Assembly: GCA_017465885.1 (NCBI GenBank)
Contig: JAFTVG010000011.1
Location: 75,276-139,275 of the forward strand
Length of the DNA stretch: 64,000 bases
Direction: 5' to 3'
Source of the DNA: Clostridia bacterium
GTDB taxonomy: Bacteria; Bacillota; Clostridia; Oscillospirales; CAG-272
In this document: in pieces, positions 35,800 through 43,585 of the stretch
How the letters are laid out: each line of letters starts with the position of its first letter
Numbering within the stretch: the first letter of the stretch is position 1
Program-made: the position numbers and the translations under genes
Notes under the pieces: generated by a model
Told to the model about the DNA's origin: nothing
Databases searched by the model: none
Seen by the model: only the letters and a program-made list of their open reading frames with translations

Positions 35800-35935
35800 T
35801 GGGTTCGGGCTTCTGCCCGATTCTGTCCCAGCGTGAGCGCAGGGACGGTGCGAGGTGGGCGCCGCCATTTGGCGGTGGACATCCACGCGCATGCTTGCCC
35901 TAGACGCAAGCGTCTGGGATTTCTATTTTTAATAG
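35800..35935 (+). other. GC-rich cluster of short hairpins in an AT-rich context (possible small structured RNA or element remnant)
   Basis: TCGGGC-ttct-GCCCGA, GTCCC...GGGAC, GCCGCC-attt-GGCGGT, GTGGA-ca-TCCAC and CCCTAGACGC..GCGTCTGGG, followed by a T-rich tract. Confidence 0.35.
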
Positions 35936-36005
35936 ATTTTTCACTCTTGAATAAACATCATCGGAGGTGCTAAGTTGAATCAATAACAACTAATCCGTTT
36001 CGGTA

Positions 36006-36017
36006 TTATTCCCATTC
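36006..36017. repeat. Degenerate att-core copy (TTATTCCCATTC)
   Basis: 11 of 12 nt identical to the guaA stop-region repeat. It lies exactly 113 bp from the first arm-type heptamer, the same spacing as in the intact element. Confidence 0.55.
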
Positions 36018-36118
36018 TTTTTTGGAAATCTTCTTTGGCTTACTTATATCCTAAATAATATCCCAACCGGCGGTTTTGAGCCCGTTTTTCCACTCATTAT
36101 TTTATTTTTCAAAATTTT

Positions 36119-36137
36119 TGTTGCAGAAAATGTTGCA
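36119..36137. promoter_or_regulatory. Paired arm-type repeats of element A, left end (TGTTGCA x2)
   Basis: TGTTGCAgaaaaTGTTGCA. Confidence 0.45.
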
Positions 36138-36173
36138 AAATCGCTTGTGGGATAGTGCCGAGTGGCTTAAGAG

Positions 36174-37475
36174 TTACGGCCTCACCATTCGAACCGTGTG
36201 CTCTGTTTGTTTTGTTTTTACCAACCCAAGTTTATCGCAAATATGAAGTAGTTCCTTGTTTAATACAGGAACATCAATATAAGTTTGTTTTCCGGCTATT
36301 GATAGCACGTACTCAAGAAGACGAGTACCAAATCCATTACGCTGATACTTCCCCTCAATGTATAGATTATCTATATGTCCGTTATGTACCGTAACGATTC
36401 CGATTTCTCTTCCAAAAGATATGCTATACAGTTTTCCACCGCTTGAAATGACTTTGTTGATTTTTTCTGCAATGATTTTTTCTTCCGTGATGTATCTTGC
36501 CTCGTTTTCTTCTCTGGACAAACTGTAATCAAACCTTCCGTATCGATTTACATATCGGCAGATATGCTCAACTTGTTCAGTAGTGCCCGAAAACTCTCCA
36601 ATTATAATTTGGGTTCCCATAGCAGCCACAATCTGCGAGTCGGGATTTGACCATGGTTTGTTGATTCCCCAAAAGATTGAATTATTGGAGTTCGTATCCA
36701 AACCTGAGAGCAGGTCTTTGCGATTACATATTACTTTATAATTTCTACGCTTGAAATAAAACATATTGCTCTCACAAGTAAAGATAGAACTTATCCTTTG
36801 TCCTTGATGTATCAATGCGTCTTTCAACGACAGCAAATCTACATCATTCGGAACGGTGTCATAAATACCGTCAAATAAACGGAAACAAGCCCAATAATCC
36901 TTAACTTCCGGTACTATGCTTGATGTCCAACTTGCATAACAATTCACCAATTGCATCAACACATATTTTCCGTCAAAATTATGAAAATCTTCTTCAGAAA
37001 TCGGTTTTGATTTTTGTTCTGTATATGGTTTTCCTACTGTCTGCAACTGAACAGCAATGATATCTCCGTCATCAAAAATTCGTTCTGTGTGCACATTCGG
37101 CTTAATTTTCTTCTTTGGTAGTTGCGGTGATAGTAGTTTTTCTTTGAACTCGGCAAGTTTCTTTTTTCTGGAATCCAAAGTCTTTTGACCGGCTTCTTGC
37201 CACAACGCCAAACCAAAACCGCTATCAATCATTTCAAGTGCTTTGTTCCTTACAGAATCAGTTAAAATCCCTTTCTTCCACATAAAATCAGCGAGCGAAT
37301 AAATATAGTTGCACCATTCTTCTTCGTCTGATTCATCAAACATTTCTGACCTGATATAGTTATCAATCCGTTGCAACGCTTCTTCTACATCAAACTTATA
37401 GAAGGCGGCGGTATATTCAATATATAAATCTTTTGCAGTATCATTTCCTGTGATACTGGTATTCCAAGTTCCCAT
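36174..37475 (-). CDS. Fusion protein: DUF4259-like N-terminus plus an unknown middle region plus a C-terminal GNAT acetyltransferase fold
   Basis: Strong RBS aggaggt. The N-terminus MGTWNTSITGNDTAKD resembles the DUF4259 start (MGTWGxGxFDNDxAxD). The C-terminus IDNLYIEGKYQRNGFGTRLLEYV matches the GNAT motif A (Q/RxxGxG). Confidence 0.55.
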   Translation of the reverse strand: MGTWNTSITGNDTAKDLYIEYTAAFYKFDVEEALQRIDNYIRSEMFDESDEEEWCNYIYSLADFMWKKGILTDSVRNKALEMIDSGFGLALWQEAGQKTLDSRKKKLAEFKEKLLSPQLPKKKIKPNVHTERIFDDGDIIAVQLQTVGKPYTEQKSKPISEEDFHNFDGKYVLMQLVNCYASWTSSIVPEVKDYWACFRLFDGIYDTVPNDVDLLSLKDALIHQGQRISSIFTCESNMFYFKRRNYKVICNRKDLLSGLDTNSNNSIFWGINKPWSNPDSQIVAAMGTQIIIGEFSGTTEQVEHICRYVNRYGRFDYSLSREENEARYITEEKIIAEKINKVISSGGKLYSISFGREIGIVTVHNGHIDNLYIEGKYQRNGFGTRLLEYVLSIAGKQTYIDVPVLNKELLHICDKLGLVKTKQTEHTVRMVRP

Positions 37476-37539
37476 ACGTTACCTCCTATTTACTTAAAAG
37501 CCACTTGCAACCATTCCTCTTCACGCTTTTTATATTGAG

Positions 37540-37557
37540 TGTTGCAAAAGTGTTGCA
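37540..37557. promoter_or_regulatory. Paired arm-type repeats of element A, right end (TGTTGCA x2, 11-bp spacing)
   Basis: TGTTGCAaaagTGTTGCA. Confidence 0.45.
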
Positions 37558-37569
37558 GCGCGTTTTTCG

Positions 37570-37986
37570 TCAATTGCAGAAATGCCCGAAAGCCCTTTGT
37601 TTCCAAGGGTTTTCGGGCACTTGTACGCCGGTTAATTGTTTTGATTTTATAGTTGTAACAGTCGAAACTAACATTCTGCGAAGCTCAATACACGCACTTT
37701 GCATTTTATTAAACTCATTTTCACTAATCGAATTAGTTTCATAAAGAAGCTCAAGCCAGTATTCGCTCTCGTTACATTCTTTTAGTGCTATCTCAAACTT
37801 TGAAATAAAATCCTTTGTACCTTGCGCGTACTGCGCCTCGTGGACGTTTGCGCCAACCGACGTGCCACTTTTAAGCAACTAATTGATTAAAACGCCTTCT
37901 ATTCTGCTTTCTCTTAACCGTCTGCAAAGAAAAACTATTTCTTTGGCAAATGCTTTTGATTTATCTCTCAAGATACTGTCTGCCAT
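37570..37986 (-). pseudogene. Four-helix-bundle protein gene interrupted by an in-frame TAG and extended at its 3' end into the element-A terminus
   Basis: ATG at 37986 with RBS aaaggagaaa. It reads MADSILRDKSKAFAKEIVFLCRRLRESRIEGVLIN-TAG(37881-37879)-LLKSGTSVGANVHEAQ..., where family members usually have Gln. The C-terminus runs about 20 aa past the family end, through the 37584-37618 hairpin. Confidence 0.65.
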
Positions 37987-38002
37987 AGTTTTTCTCCTTT
38001 TT

Positions 38003-38156
38003 AGTTATGAGTTTAAAGTTATGAGAGTGCTTCGCACTCGTTATGATATGATTGCCTCGTTCTTTCAACTGCACCGAAGGTGCATCATAACTTGACGAAG
38101 CCAACCATAACTCATAACTTGCCCAAAGGGCAATCATAGTTCATTTTGCTTCGCAA
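38003..38156 (-). other. Array 2 of mini-hairpins interleaved with inverted words, immediately 5' of the second four-helix-bundle gene
   Basis: Hairpins lie at 38026-38, 38071-83, 38120-32 and 38146-56. The words AGTTATGAG (38003, 38017) and CGTTATGAT (38039) are mirrored by ATCATAACT (38084) and CTCATAACT (38111). It shares CACCGAAGGTGCAT with array 1. Confidence 0.8.
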
Positions 38157-38158
38157 AA

Positions 38159-38170
38159 TTATTCCCACTC
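38159..38170. repeat. att core, distal copy (TTATTCCCACTC)
   Basis: Identical 12-mer to 47151-47162, which is the stop codon plus the last three codons of guaA. Confidence 0.7.
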
Positions 38171-38271
38171 AAGATTGATTATTTTATCAATGGTTTTTAT
38201 GGGGCTATTTAGTCTATTTATTCTCATTTTTTGCGCCTAAAATCTCACAAAAATTTGGCTCTCAAAAATAT

Positions 38272-38289
38272 TGGTACGATTTTGGTACG
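38272..38289. promoter_or_regulatory. Paired arm-type repeats of element B, left end (TGGTACG x2, 11-bp spacing)
   Basis: TGGTACGattttGGTACGc, 113 bp from the att core. Confidence 0.55.
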
Positions 38290-38435
38290 CCATAAAAAAG
38301 CTGTTTTTCGTGTGTTTCACGGGGTAGTTTATATTTTCAACCTGCTATCCGAACAACATCAAAAAACGGCGTTTTTTTGCCCTTTTTGAGAGGGATAATT
38401 GCGAGGTTTCCATACTCTGTCCGAGTAATCATTTT

Positions 38436-39353
38436 TTATTGCTCTAACAAGTATATTTTACCCTCTGCTCTTAAAACGGAAATATCATAATAACGATATA
38501 TCGCTTCGATCATTTCTCCGTCTTTCTCTGCTTCACCAATGCCGGAACTCCATACACGCAGAAAACTATATTCTTTTGTTTCGGAGTTATACTGACCTAA
38601 AAAATCATAGGTGGTAGTTTCCTTAACGCTTTCTTCACCGTCCGCATATATCAAATCCGTATAGGCATATTGCTTTTGGCTTGTATCAACTTGAATACCG
38701 TAATTGTTATACTTACCCGACAATTCAAAGGCAACGCTTTGCTCTTTTTCTATGTCAATGAGAGAATAGTATTCTTCTTTAAGAGAGATACCCCACCAAA
38801 CAGCAAGATCATCAATTTCCCCAAAGGCATTCTCTTTCCAATAGGGGTACTCTATCACATCAAAATAATCGTTCCAATTATCAAGCGTTATAGTAATTTC
38901 TTTGGAATTGGTATGTGTTGTCTGCGTATCGTCTGTGTTTACGCCGCCATTATCAACATATTCTTTGTCTTTGGCAACAAAATCAGCGGGTCTGTAGTAT
39001 ATCTCTGTATCATACTTTAAGACGGTCTTTCCGTTTTCGTCTGCAATTTCCAAAACACCGCTTACGCCGTTTTTATCAAGCGTAAAAATGAATTGATTTA
39101 GATCGGCAATATATTCCCATTTTGCGCTTTCACCCTTATAGATACAAGTGCCGTCCTCTTGCAAAGTGATTGTTGCAACTTGATATGTTATCTCATTATC
39201 AAAACGAGATTTAAGGGAGTTTGCTTTCCATTCTCCCATATAATCCGAAATAGATTGTTTATCGTTGTTATTCTCTTTTTGATTATCATTATTACAAGCG
39301 GAAAATGAAAACAACATTACAACCGCTAATAACAGTACAAATAATTTTTTCAT
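38436..39353 (-). CDS. Lipoprotein of unknown function (305 aa), element cargo
   Basis: Lipobox FSFSAC and RBS aggagc. Confidence 0.6.
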   Translation of the reverse strand: MKKLFVLLLAVVMLFSFSACNNDNQKENNNDKQSISDYMGEWKANSLKSRFDNEITYQVATITLQEDGTCIYKGESAKWEYIADLNQFIFTLDKNGVSGVLEIADENGKTVLKYDTEIYYRPADFVAKDKEYVDNGGVNTDDTQTTHTNSKEITITLDNWNDYFDVIEYPYWKENAFGEIDDLAVWWGISLKEEYYSLIDIEKEQSVAFELSGKYNNYGIQVDTSQKQYAYTDLIYADGEESVKETTTYDFLGQYNSETKEYSFLRVWSSGIGEAEKDGEMIEAIYRYYDISVLRAEGKIYLLEQ

Positions 39354-39538
39354 TTGTGCCGCTCCTACTGACGATTTATTTTAAGTAATTATAACATAAA
39401 ATTGTGAATAAAGCAACTGACAGAAACAATTATACCTACAATCAGCAACTTTTTTCGTTTTTTCACGAAAAGCAACGAAATAAATCACCAATGTTTCTAT
39501 GGGAAACATCACTCTTGGTAAAATTATATAAAGAGGTG

Positions 39539-39841
39539 ATGTTTATGATTGTATGCTTGTCTGTGCGCTTGAAAGAATTGCGCATAAATAAAAATCTAAC
39601 ACAAGCGCAAGTTGCTCAATATGTGGGTGTTACCCGTGCCGTTATAAGTGCATACGAAACGGATATACGGCAACCGTCTTATGATATACTGATACGCCTT
39701 GCGCTGTTATACGGCGTTACAACCGACTATCTATTATGTATTGATAGTAAACGGTATTTGGATATATCGGGTCTATCGGAGCGGGAAGCCGCCGCAGTAT
39801 GCGAAATGGTTAATGTATTTATGGAAAACAAAAAGAAATGA
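39539..39841 (+). CDS. XRE-family HTH transcriptional regulator
   Basis: RBS aaagaggtg. HTH_3 pattern LTQAQVAQYVGVTRAVISAYETD. The palindrome ATGTTTC-tatgg-GAAACAT lies upstream (39490-39508). Confidence 0.7.
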   Translation: MFMIVCLSVRLKELRINKNLTQAQVAQYVGVTRAVISAYETDIRQPSYDILIRLALLYGVTTDYLLCIDSKRYLDISGLSEREAAAVCEMVNVFMENKKK

Positions 39842-39852
39842 GGTACATATCT

Positions 39853-40542
39853 ATGAAAAAAAGAATATTATCACTCTTAATGGCTGTATGCCTTATGACA
39901 ACGCTTGTCAGCGTTTGCTCCGTGTCCGCTTCTGCTGCGGAAGGTGATGTTTATGTTTATGCCTACAACGCAAGAGCAAAAGCCGGAGAAACGGTTGAAA
40001 TCCCCTTTTATATCAATTCTGAGGAAGAATTTGCTTGCTTGACCTTTACTCCCGATTTTGATTTTACCGCTTTAGAGTTGGTTAATGTTGAGTGTGGCAT
40101 ACCGGGCGGTAGCTTTATATACAACGAAAATCCCACCAACCCTAAATTTATTTGGTATCACCCTCAAAATATGGCTGTCGGACAAGAACCCGTTTTCACT
40201 TTAACCTTTGTTGTTAAAGAGGGAGCAAGAGAGGGCAAATATCCCGTTACGCTCCTTTTTAACGAAAACGATATTTGCGATGAAAACGGCTCCCGTATTC
40301 CCCTGCAAGTGGAGGCGGGGGAAATCACAATATTTCGCTATCTTCTCGCCGATGTCAATAACGATCTTTCTGTTGATAGTGCTGATGTTGTTAAGCTTGC
40401 TCGTTATTTGGTTTATTTGGAAACGGAGATCAACACATACGGAGCAGATGTAAACAAGGATAGCAATGTTGATGGCAGGGACTTAATCAAACTTGCACGC
40501 CATATGGCAGGGGCAGAAATGATCGAGGGCGCAGGATATTAA
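39853..40542 (+). CDS. Secreted cohesin-dockerin protein (small adaptor scaffoldin-like)
   Basis: Signal peptide. A cohesin-like beta-sandwich pattern (AKAGETVEIPFYINS...FTLTFVVKEGAREGKYPVTLLF...GEITI) is followed by two dockerin Ca-binding repeats (DVNNDLSVDSADVVKLARYL / DVNKDSNVDGRDLIKLARHM). Confidence 0.7.
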   Translation: MKKRILSLLMAVCLMTTLVSVCSVSASAAEGDVYVYAYNARAKAGETVEIPFYINSEEEFACLTFTPDFDFTALELVNVECGIPGGSFIYNENPTNPKFIWYHPQNMAVGQEPVFTLTFVVKEGAREGKYPVTLLFNENDICDENGSRIPLQVEAGEITIFRYLLADVNNDLSVDSADVVKLARYLVYLETEINTYGADVNKDSNVDGRDLIKLARHMAGAEMIEGAGY

Positions 40543-40627
40543 CCGACTTTTCAAGCATACAATCAAATACATAATAGCAATAGACCGTCAGCAATGGCGG
40601 TCTATTTGCTTTGTTGAATAATAATAT

Positions 40628-41317
40628 TCAAAACTGCCCTTGCTCCAAAACAAGCTCTTGCTTGTACTTATAAAAACTGTTTCGGGATATTCCGGCAAGG
40701 CGTTGACATTCGGCGTTGTTTAGAGATCCGCCAAAATCAATTAAATGTATGCGGATAATCTCTTTTGCCGCTATGCTCTTTTTGGTGGTGAGCTTTGCGC
40801 CCTTTTGTTGTCCTATCTGCTTTCCGTTCAGCCGAGCGGTTATAATGCCCTCTTTGGTGCGTTGGTGTAGGTCTGTTACCTCTTTTTCCGCTTGCTCAAA
40901 TGCTATCCTTATTTGCTCTTTGGCTAATTCCATTAGATATTTATTGATACCCTCTAAAATATAATCCACAGCCGTCCCCGTGAGCTTTACAGAGCTTGCT
41001 ACCGCCTTTTTATAGGTCTGTGTATTGATTTGCGGCTCTTTAAGGAAAACAAGCTCTACGCCCCTATTGTAAAGCTCTTGATATACCGCAAAGCCGTCAG
41101 CGGCGTTACGGGACATTCTTGACACAGAGTCAAAAACTATCATATCCCCCTCAACTACGATTTTTAGCAATTTATCAAAATTAGGGCGGGATAGTTTCGT
41201 ACCCGTAAACTCGTCTTGTAAAATGATCGCTTTAGGGTACGCCGTTTTTATATTTCGTATCTGTCTGTCAATGCTTTGTTTAGGCGTGGAAATTCGTGCA
41301 TATCCGTATATTGTCAT
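40628..41317 (-). CDS. Small serine recombinase (resolvase/invertase family)
   Basis: MTIYGYARISTPKQSIDRQ contains the catalytic Ser motif, and there is a C-terminal HTH. 229 aa. Confidence 0.85.
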   Translation of the reverse strand: MTIYGYARISTPKQSIDRQIRNIKTAYPKAIILQDEFTGTKLSRPNFDKLLKIVVEGDMIVFDSVSRMSRNAADGFAVYQELYNRGVELVFLKEPQINTQTYKKAVASSVKLTGTAVDYILEGINKYLMELAKEQIRIAFEQAEKEVTDLHQRTKEGIITARLNGKQIGQQKGAKLTTKKSIAAKEIIRIHLIDFGGSLNNAECQRLAGISRNSFYKYKQELVLEQGQF

Positions 41318-41361
41318 TGGTTATATTCCTTTCTGTGTTCAAATTTAACGACCGTCTGATT

Positions 41362-41441
41362 TGGTACGCTGTGATAAGGCAAAAACGCCTTGCGCCGTCT
41401 GCGCTTTTGGTACAATCGTGAAATAGGTCAGTTTTGGTACT
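41362..41441. promoter_or_regulatory. Three TTTGGTAC(G/A/T) repeats upstream of the serine recombinase gene (res-like or extra arm sites)
   Basis: TGGTACG at 41362, TGGTACA at 41408 and TGGTACT at 41435. This is the same heptamer family as at both element ends. Confidence 0.45.
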
Positions 41442-41485
41442 GTGTGAGAGGGGCAGGGACTAACCCTGCCGCCCCTCGTTGACTT

Positions 41486-41602
41486 TTATATAATCCGCTT
41501 GTATGCAAGAATAAAGAATATCACCCCTGCAACTATCGGCAAAACTGCGGACAATATCAAAAGTAAGAAAATCACAATGCAAGTTTCTGTATCGTTCAGC
41601 AT
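41486..41602 (-). CDS. 38-aa hydrophobic peptide, translationally coupled to the SprT-like gene (not in the ORF track)
   Basis: The ATG lies 6 nt after the SprT-like stop, and RBS agagggg lies inside the upstream gene's end. Sequence MLNDTETCIVIFLLLILSAVLPIVAGVIFFILAYKRII has one TM plus a basic tail. Confidence 0.4.
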   Translation of the reverse strand: MLNDTETCIVIFLLLILSAVLPIVAGVIFFILAYKRII

Positions 41603-41608
41603 TGCACA

Positions 41609-42259
41609 TCACCCCTCTATCATTTTCACGGCGCAATCACCGCATACAATGTTTACTGTGCGCGTTGCTCTAACTATCGTATGACAGCAAGGGCAGATAT
41701 AACGGCGGCTATTGCCTTTTGCGGTTGTGGTGATTTGAATACCACCGCTTGCGGAATGTGCGCCAACACCAACAGACATATATCCTATATCATTTCGGCA
41801 CATTTCTATTTCCCGTAGCTCGTTATGGTTTAACAGCCATTCAAGCAGGGTATCGTCCGGCTCTGTATGCGACCACCCGTATTTTTCTGTTTTGGTGCAT
41901 ATCAACCCGTGATCTCTACAAGCGGTTGCAAATGCTTTGTTGTGATATGTTCCGTTCCTTGATGTGTCTTGAATGTTCAGTATGGTATCATTGTACATAT
42001 GTACCATTTCGTGAAGCAATGAAGCGGTGATAGCTTCAAGCGGTCTGTTTAGTGTTCCGCTTGCTATATTGATTTCACGCTTTTGTGTATCTCCGGCACT
42101 CCAAGCATCCCACGGCGTATAGTGTGCGTATGATCGGCTTGACGGCGTTACAGTTATAACGGGCGTGTCAAGTGCATTGTTGAACATATCGGCGTTTAAT
42201 GCCCTAAACATTTTCTCTAATTGGTTGACAAGTCTTGACATATTGGTTACTTGTTTCAT
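41609..42259 (-). CDS. SprT-like zinc metalloprotease domain protein with a C-terminal zinc ribbon
   Basis: HEMVH (HExxH) in the context SLLHEMVHMYN. The C-terminus has CPCCH...CGDC. Confidence 0.7.
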   Translation of the reverse strand: MKQVTNMSRLVNQLEKMFRALNADMFNNALDTPVITVTPSSRSYAHYTPWDAWSAGDTQKREINIASGTLNRPLEAITASLLHEMVHMYNDTILNIQDTSRNGTYHNKAFATACRDHGLICTKTEKYGWSHTEPDDTLLEWLLNHNELREIEMCRNDIGYMSVGVGAHSASGGIQITTTAKGNSRRYICPCCHTIVRATRTVNIVCGDCAVKMIEG

Positions 42260-42401
42260 AGTTATTTACTCCCTTTCAATTATATTGATATTGATTTTAA
42301 GGGAGCGGGCGTGTATAATATTATTGTCCCGCTCCCCTGCGGTTGTGGGTCAAGTGTCTTGTATGATTGCTTTGGTCGGCGGTTTATACAAGGCACTTTC
42401 T

Positions 42402-42677
42402 TTATGCAATACTAAAGCGGCGGCTTGCCGTCTGTTTGGTGTACTGCTTGTACATATCGGCGTGTTCTTTCTTAAATGATGTAGTATCAAATCTGTTACT
42501 TAACACAGAAGTCCAACGGCAAATAAAACGCCCTGCTTCTAATTCTTCCGTGTCCCTTGCAAGCATTTCGGCTTTGATTTCGTCCCTTAATGCTTCGGCT
42601 TCTGCTCTGGCTTCTTCTGCAAGTGTTTCCCACTCTTGCAACTTTGCGATCTTGCTTTCCATTTCGTGTGTTGACAT
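42402..42677 (-). CDS. Small coiled-coil hypothetical protein (91 aa)
   Basis: RBS aagggga. Charged helical N-terminus. Function unknown. Confidence 0.5.
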   Translation of the reverse strand: MSTHEMESKIAKLQEWETLAEEARAEAEALRDEIKAEMLARDTEELEAGRFICRWTSVLSNRFDTTSFKKEHADMYKQYTKQTASRRFSIA

Positions 42678-42744
42678 TGTTATTGTCCCCTTTGTTAATA
42701 TATTCGGCGTGGGCGTTTGCCCTTGCCGTGATTATAGTATAGCA

Positions 42745-42822
42745 CATTGCGCAATGGTCGTCAATAGGCACATTGCACAATGTTCTTTTTGACGATTTGT
42801 TTATTTTGTACATTGCACAATG
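42745..42822. promoter_or_regulatory. Three CATTGCnCAATG operator palindromes overlapping divergent promoters
   Basis: CATTGCGCAATG at 42745, CATTGCACAATG at 42771 and at 42811. The plus promoter is TTGCAC (42813), 17-nt spacer, TGcTATAAT (42833-42841). The minus promoter is TTGACG, 17-nt spacer, TATACT, with operator 1 in its spacer. Confidence 0.6.
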
Positions 42823-42867
42823 TTCCAAAGTGTGCTATAATGATGTATATAATTAGGGGGTGCTATT

Positions 42868-43107
42868 ATGGCTTATAAAGACAGATCAACCGCAATCAAA
42901 TACAATAACGAATACAACAAGCAAGCGTATGACCGTATTAACTTGACCGTCCCCAAAGGAAAAAAGGAAAGCATACAGACGGCGGCGCAGGCGAACGGCG
43001 AAAGCGTGAACGCATTTATTAACAGATTGATTGATACCGAGCTTGAACGCATAGAGCAAGGCGAGGGTATTTCCCATATTTCACGCCGGACGGACGATAA
43101 AAAATAA
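42868..43107 (+). CDS. Ribbon-helix-helix (CopG/Arc-like) DNA-binding protein
   Basis: 79 aa. RINLTVPKGKKESIQTAAQANGESVNAFINRLI fits a beta-strand plus two helices RHH pattern. Candidate repressor for the adjacent operators. Confidence 0.55.
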   Translation: MAYKDRSTAIKYNNEYNKQAYDRINLTVPKGKKESIQTAAQANGESVNAFINRLIDTELERIEQGEGISHISRRTDDKK

Positions 43108-43255
43108 GCAAGTTGTTTGATCTTTCTCACACCGGCATTTTTGAAAATTAACATTCAAAACGAAACGGCATAAAAAAAGAGCGGCTTGCGCCGCTCCTAA
43201 AAACACATATCTATATAGCAAAACGGACGATTGATTTCGTCCGTTATTTTTTTGC

Positions 43256-43543
43256 TTATATTAGATATTCCTCTGTATCTGTACCAACCGTTTCAAGCAT
43301 AATCTTACCTCCGAGCCGAAAGGCGTGAGCAAATATTTCACACTCTATAACGCCGTTCATTTCATTTAGGCAATCCTCGTATTTTTCAAGTATTTCCTTT
43401 TGCTTGTCGGTCATTGTGGCGGTGAGTTCATCACGATTACGCCCCATAAGATCAAGCAAGTGTTTAATCCGCTTGTTGCCGTCCGTGCATTGTTCTTGTG
43501 GGTGTACATTGCCGTACCATAATTCTTCAAGTATTCCTCTCAT
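43256..43543 (-). CDS. Small conserved hypothetical protein (95 aa), of a kind common on clostridial mobile elements
   Basis: RBS aaaaggg. The start ILEELWYGNVHPQEQ recalls a recurrent MGE-borne family. Function unknown. Confidence 0.5.
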   Translation of the reverse strand: MRGILEELWYGNVHPQEQCTDGNKRIKHLLDLMGRNRDELTATMTDKQKEILEKYEDCLNEMNGVIECEIFAHAFRLGGKIMLETVGTDTEEYLI

Positions 43544-43585
43544 AATATGCGCCCTTTTCTGTTTTTCTTTACTCCATTATACCAC

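Larger units (their letters stand above)
36006..37628. mobile_element. Integrase-less miniature relative (CIME-like remnant, element A) of the adjacent integrative element
   Basis: Paired TGTTGCA heptamers sit near both ends (36119/36131 and 37540/37551). The right-end hairpin GCCCGAAAGCCCTTTGTTTCCAAGGGTTTTCGGGC (37584-37618) is homologous to the right end of element B (47107-47140). It carries a single cargo gene. Confidence 0.5.

Noticed and set aside
35241-38158. Integron attC sites or a diversity-generating retroelement as an explanation for the hairpin arrays and Avd-like genes
   Set aside because: The words do not fit the attC core consensus GTTRRRY/RYYYAAC and there is no intI. No reverse transcriptase or template/variable repeat pair is present in the window.
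39354-41608. Invertible promoter (phase-variation switch) controlled by the serine recombinase
   Set aside because: I could find no pair of inverted repeats bracketing a promoter near the cohesin-dockerin or lipoprotein genes. A role in resolution of the element is more parsimonious.
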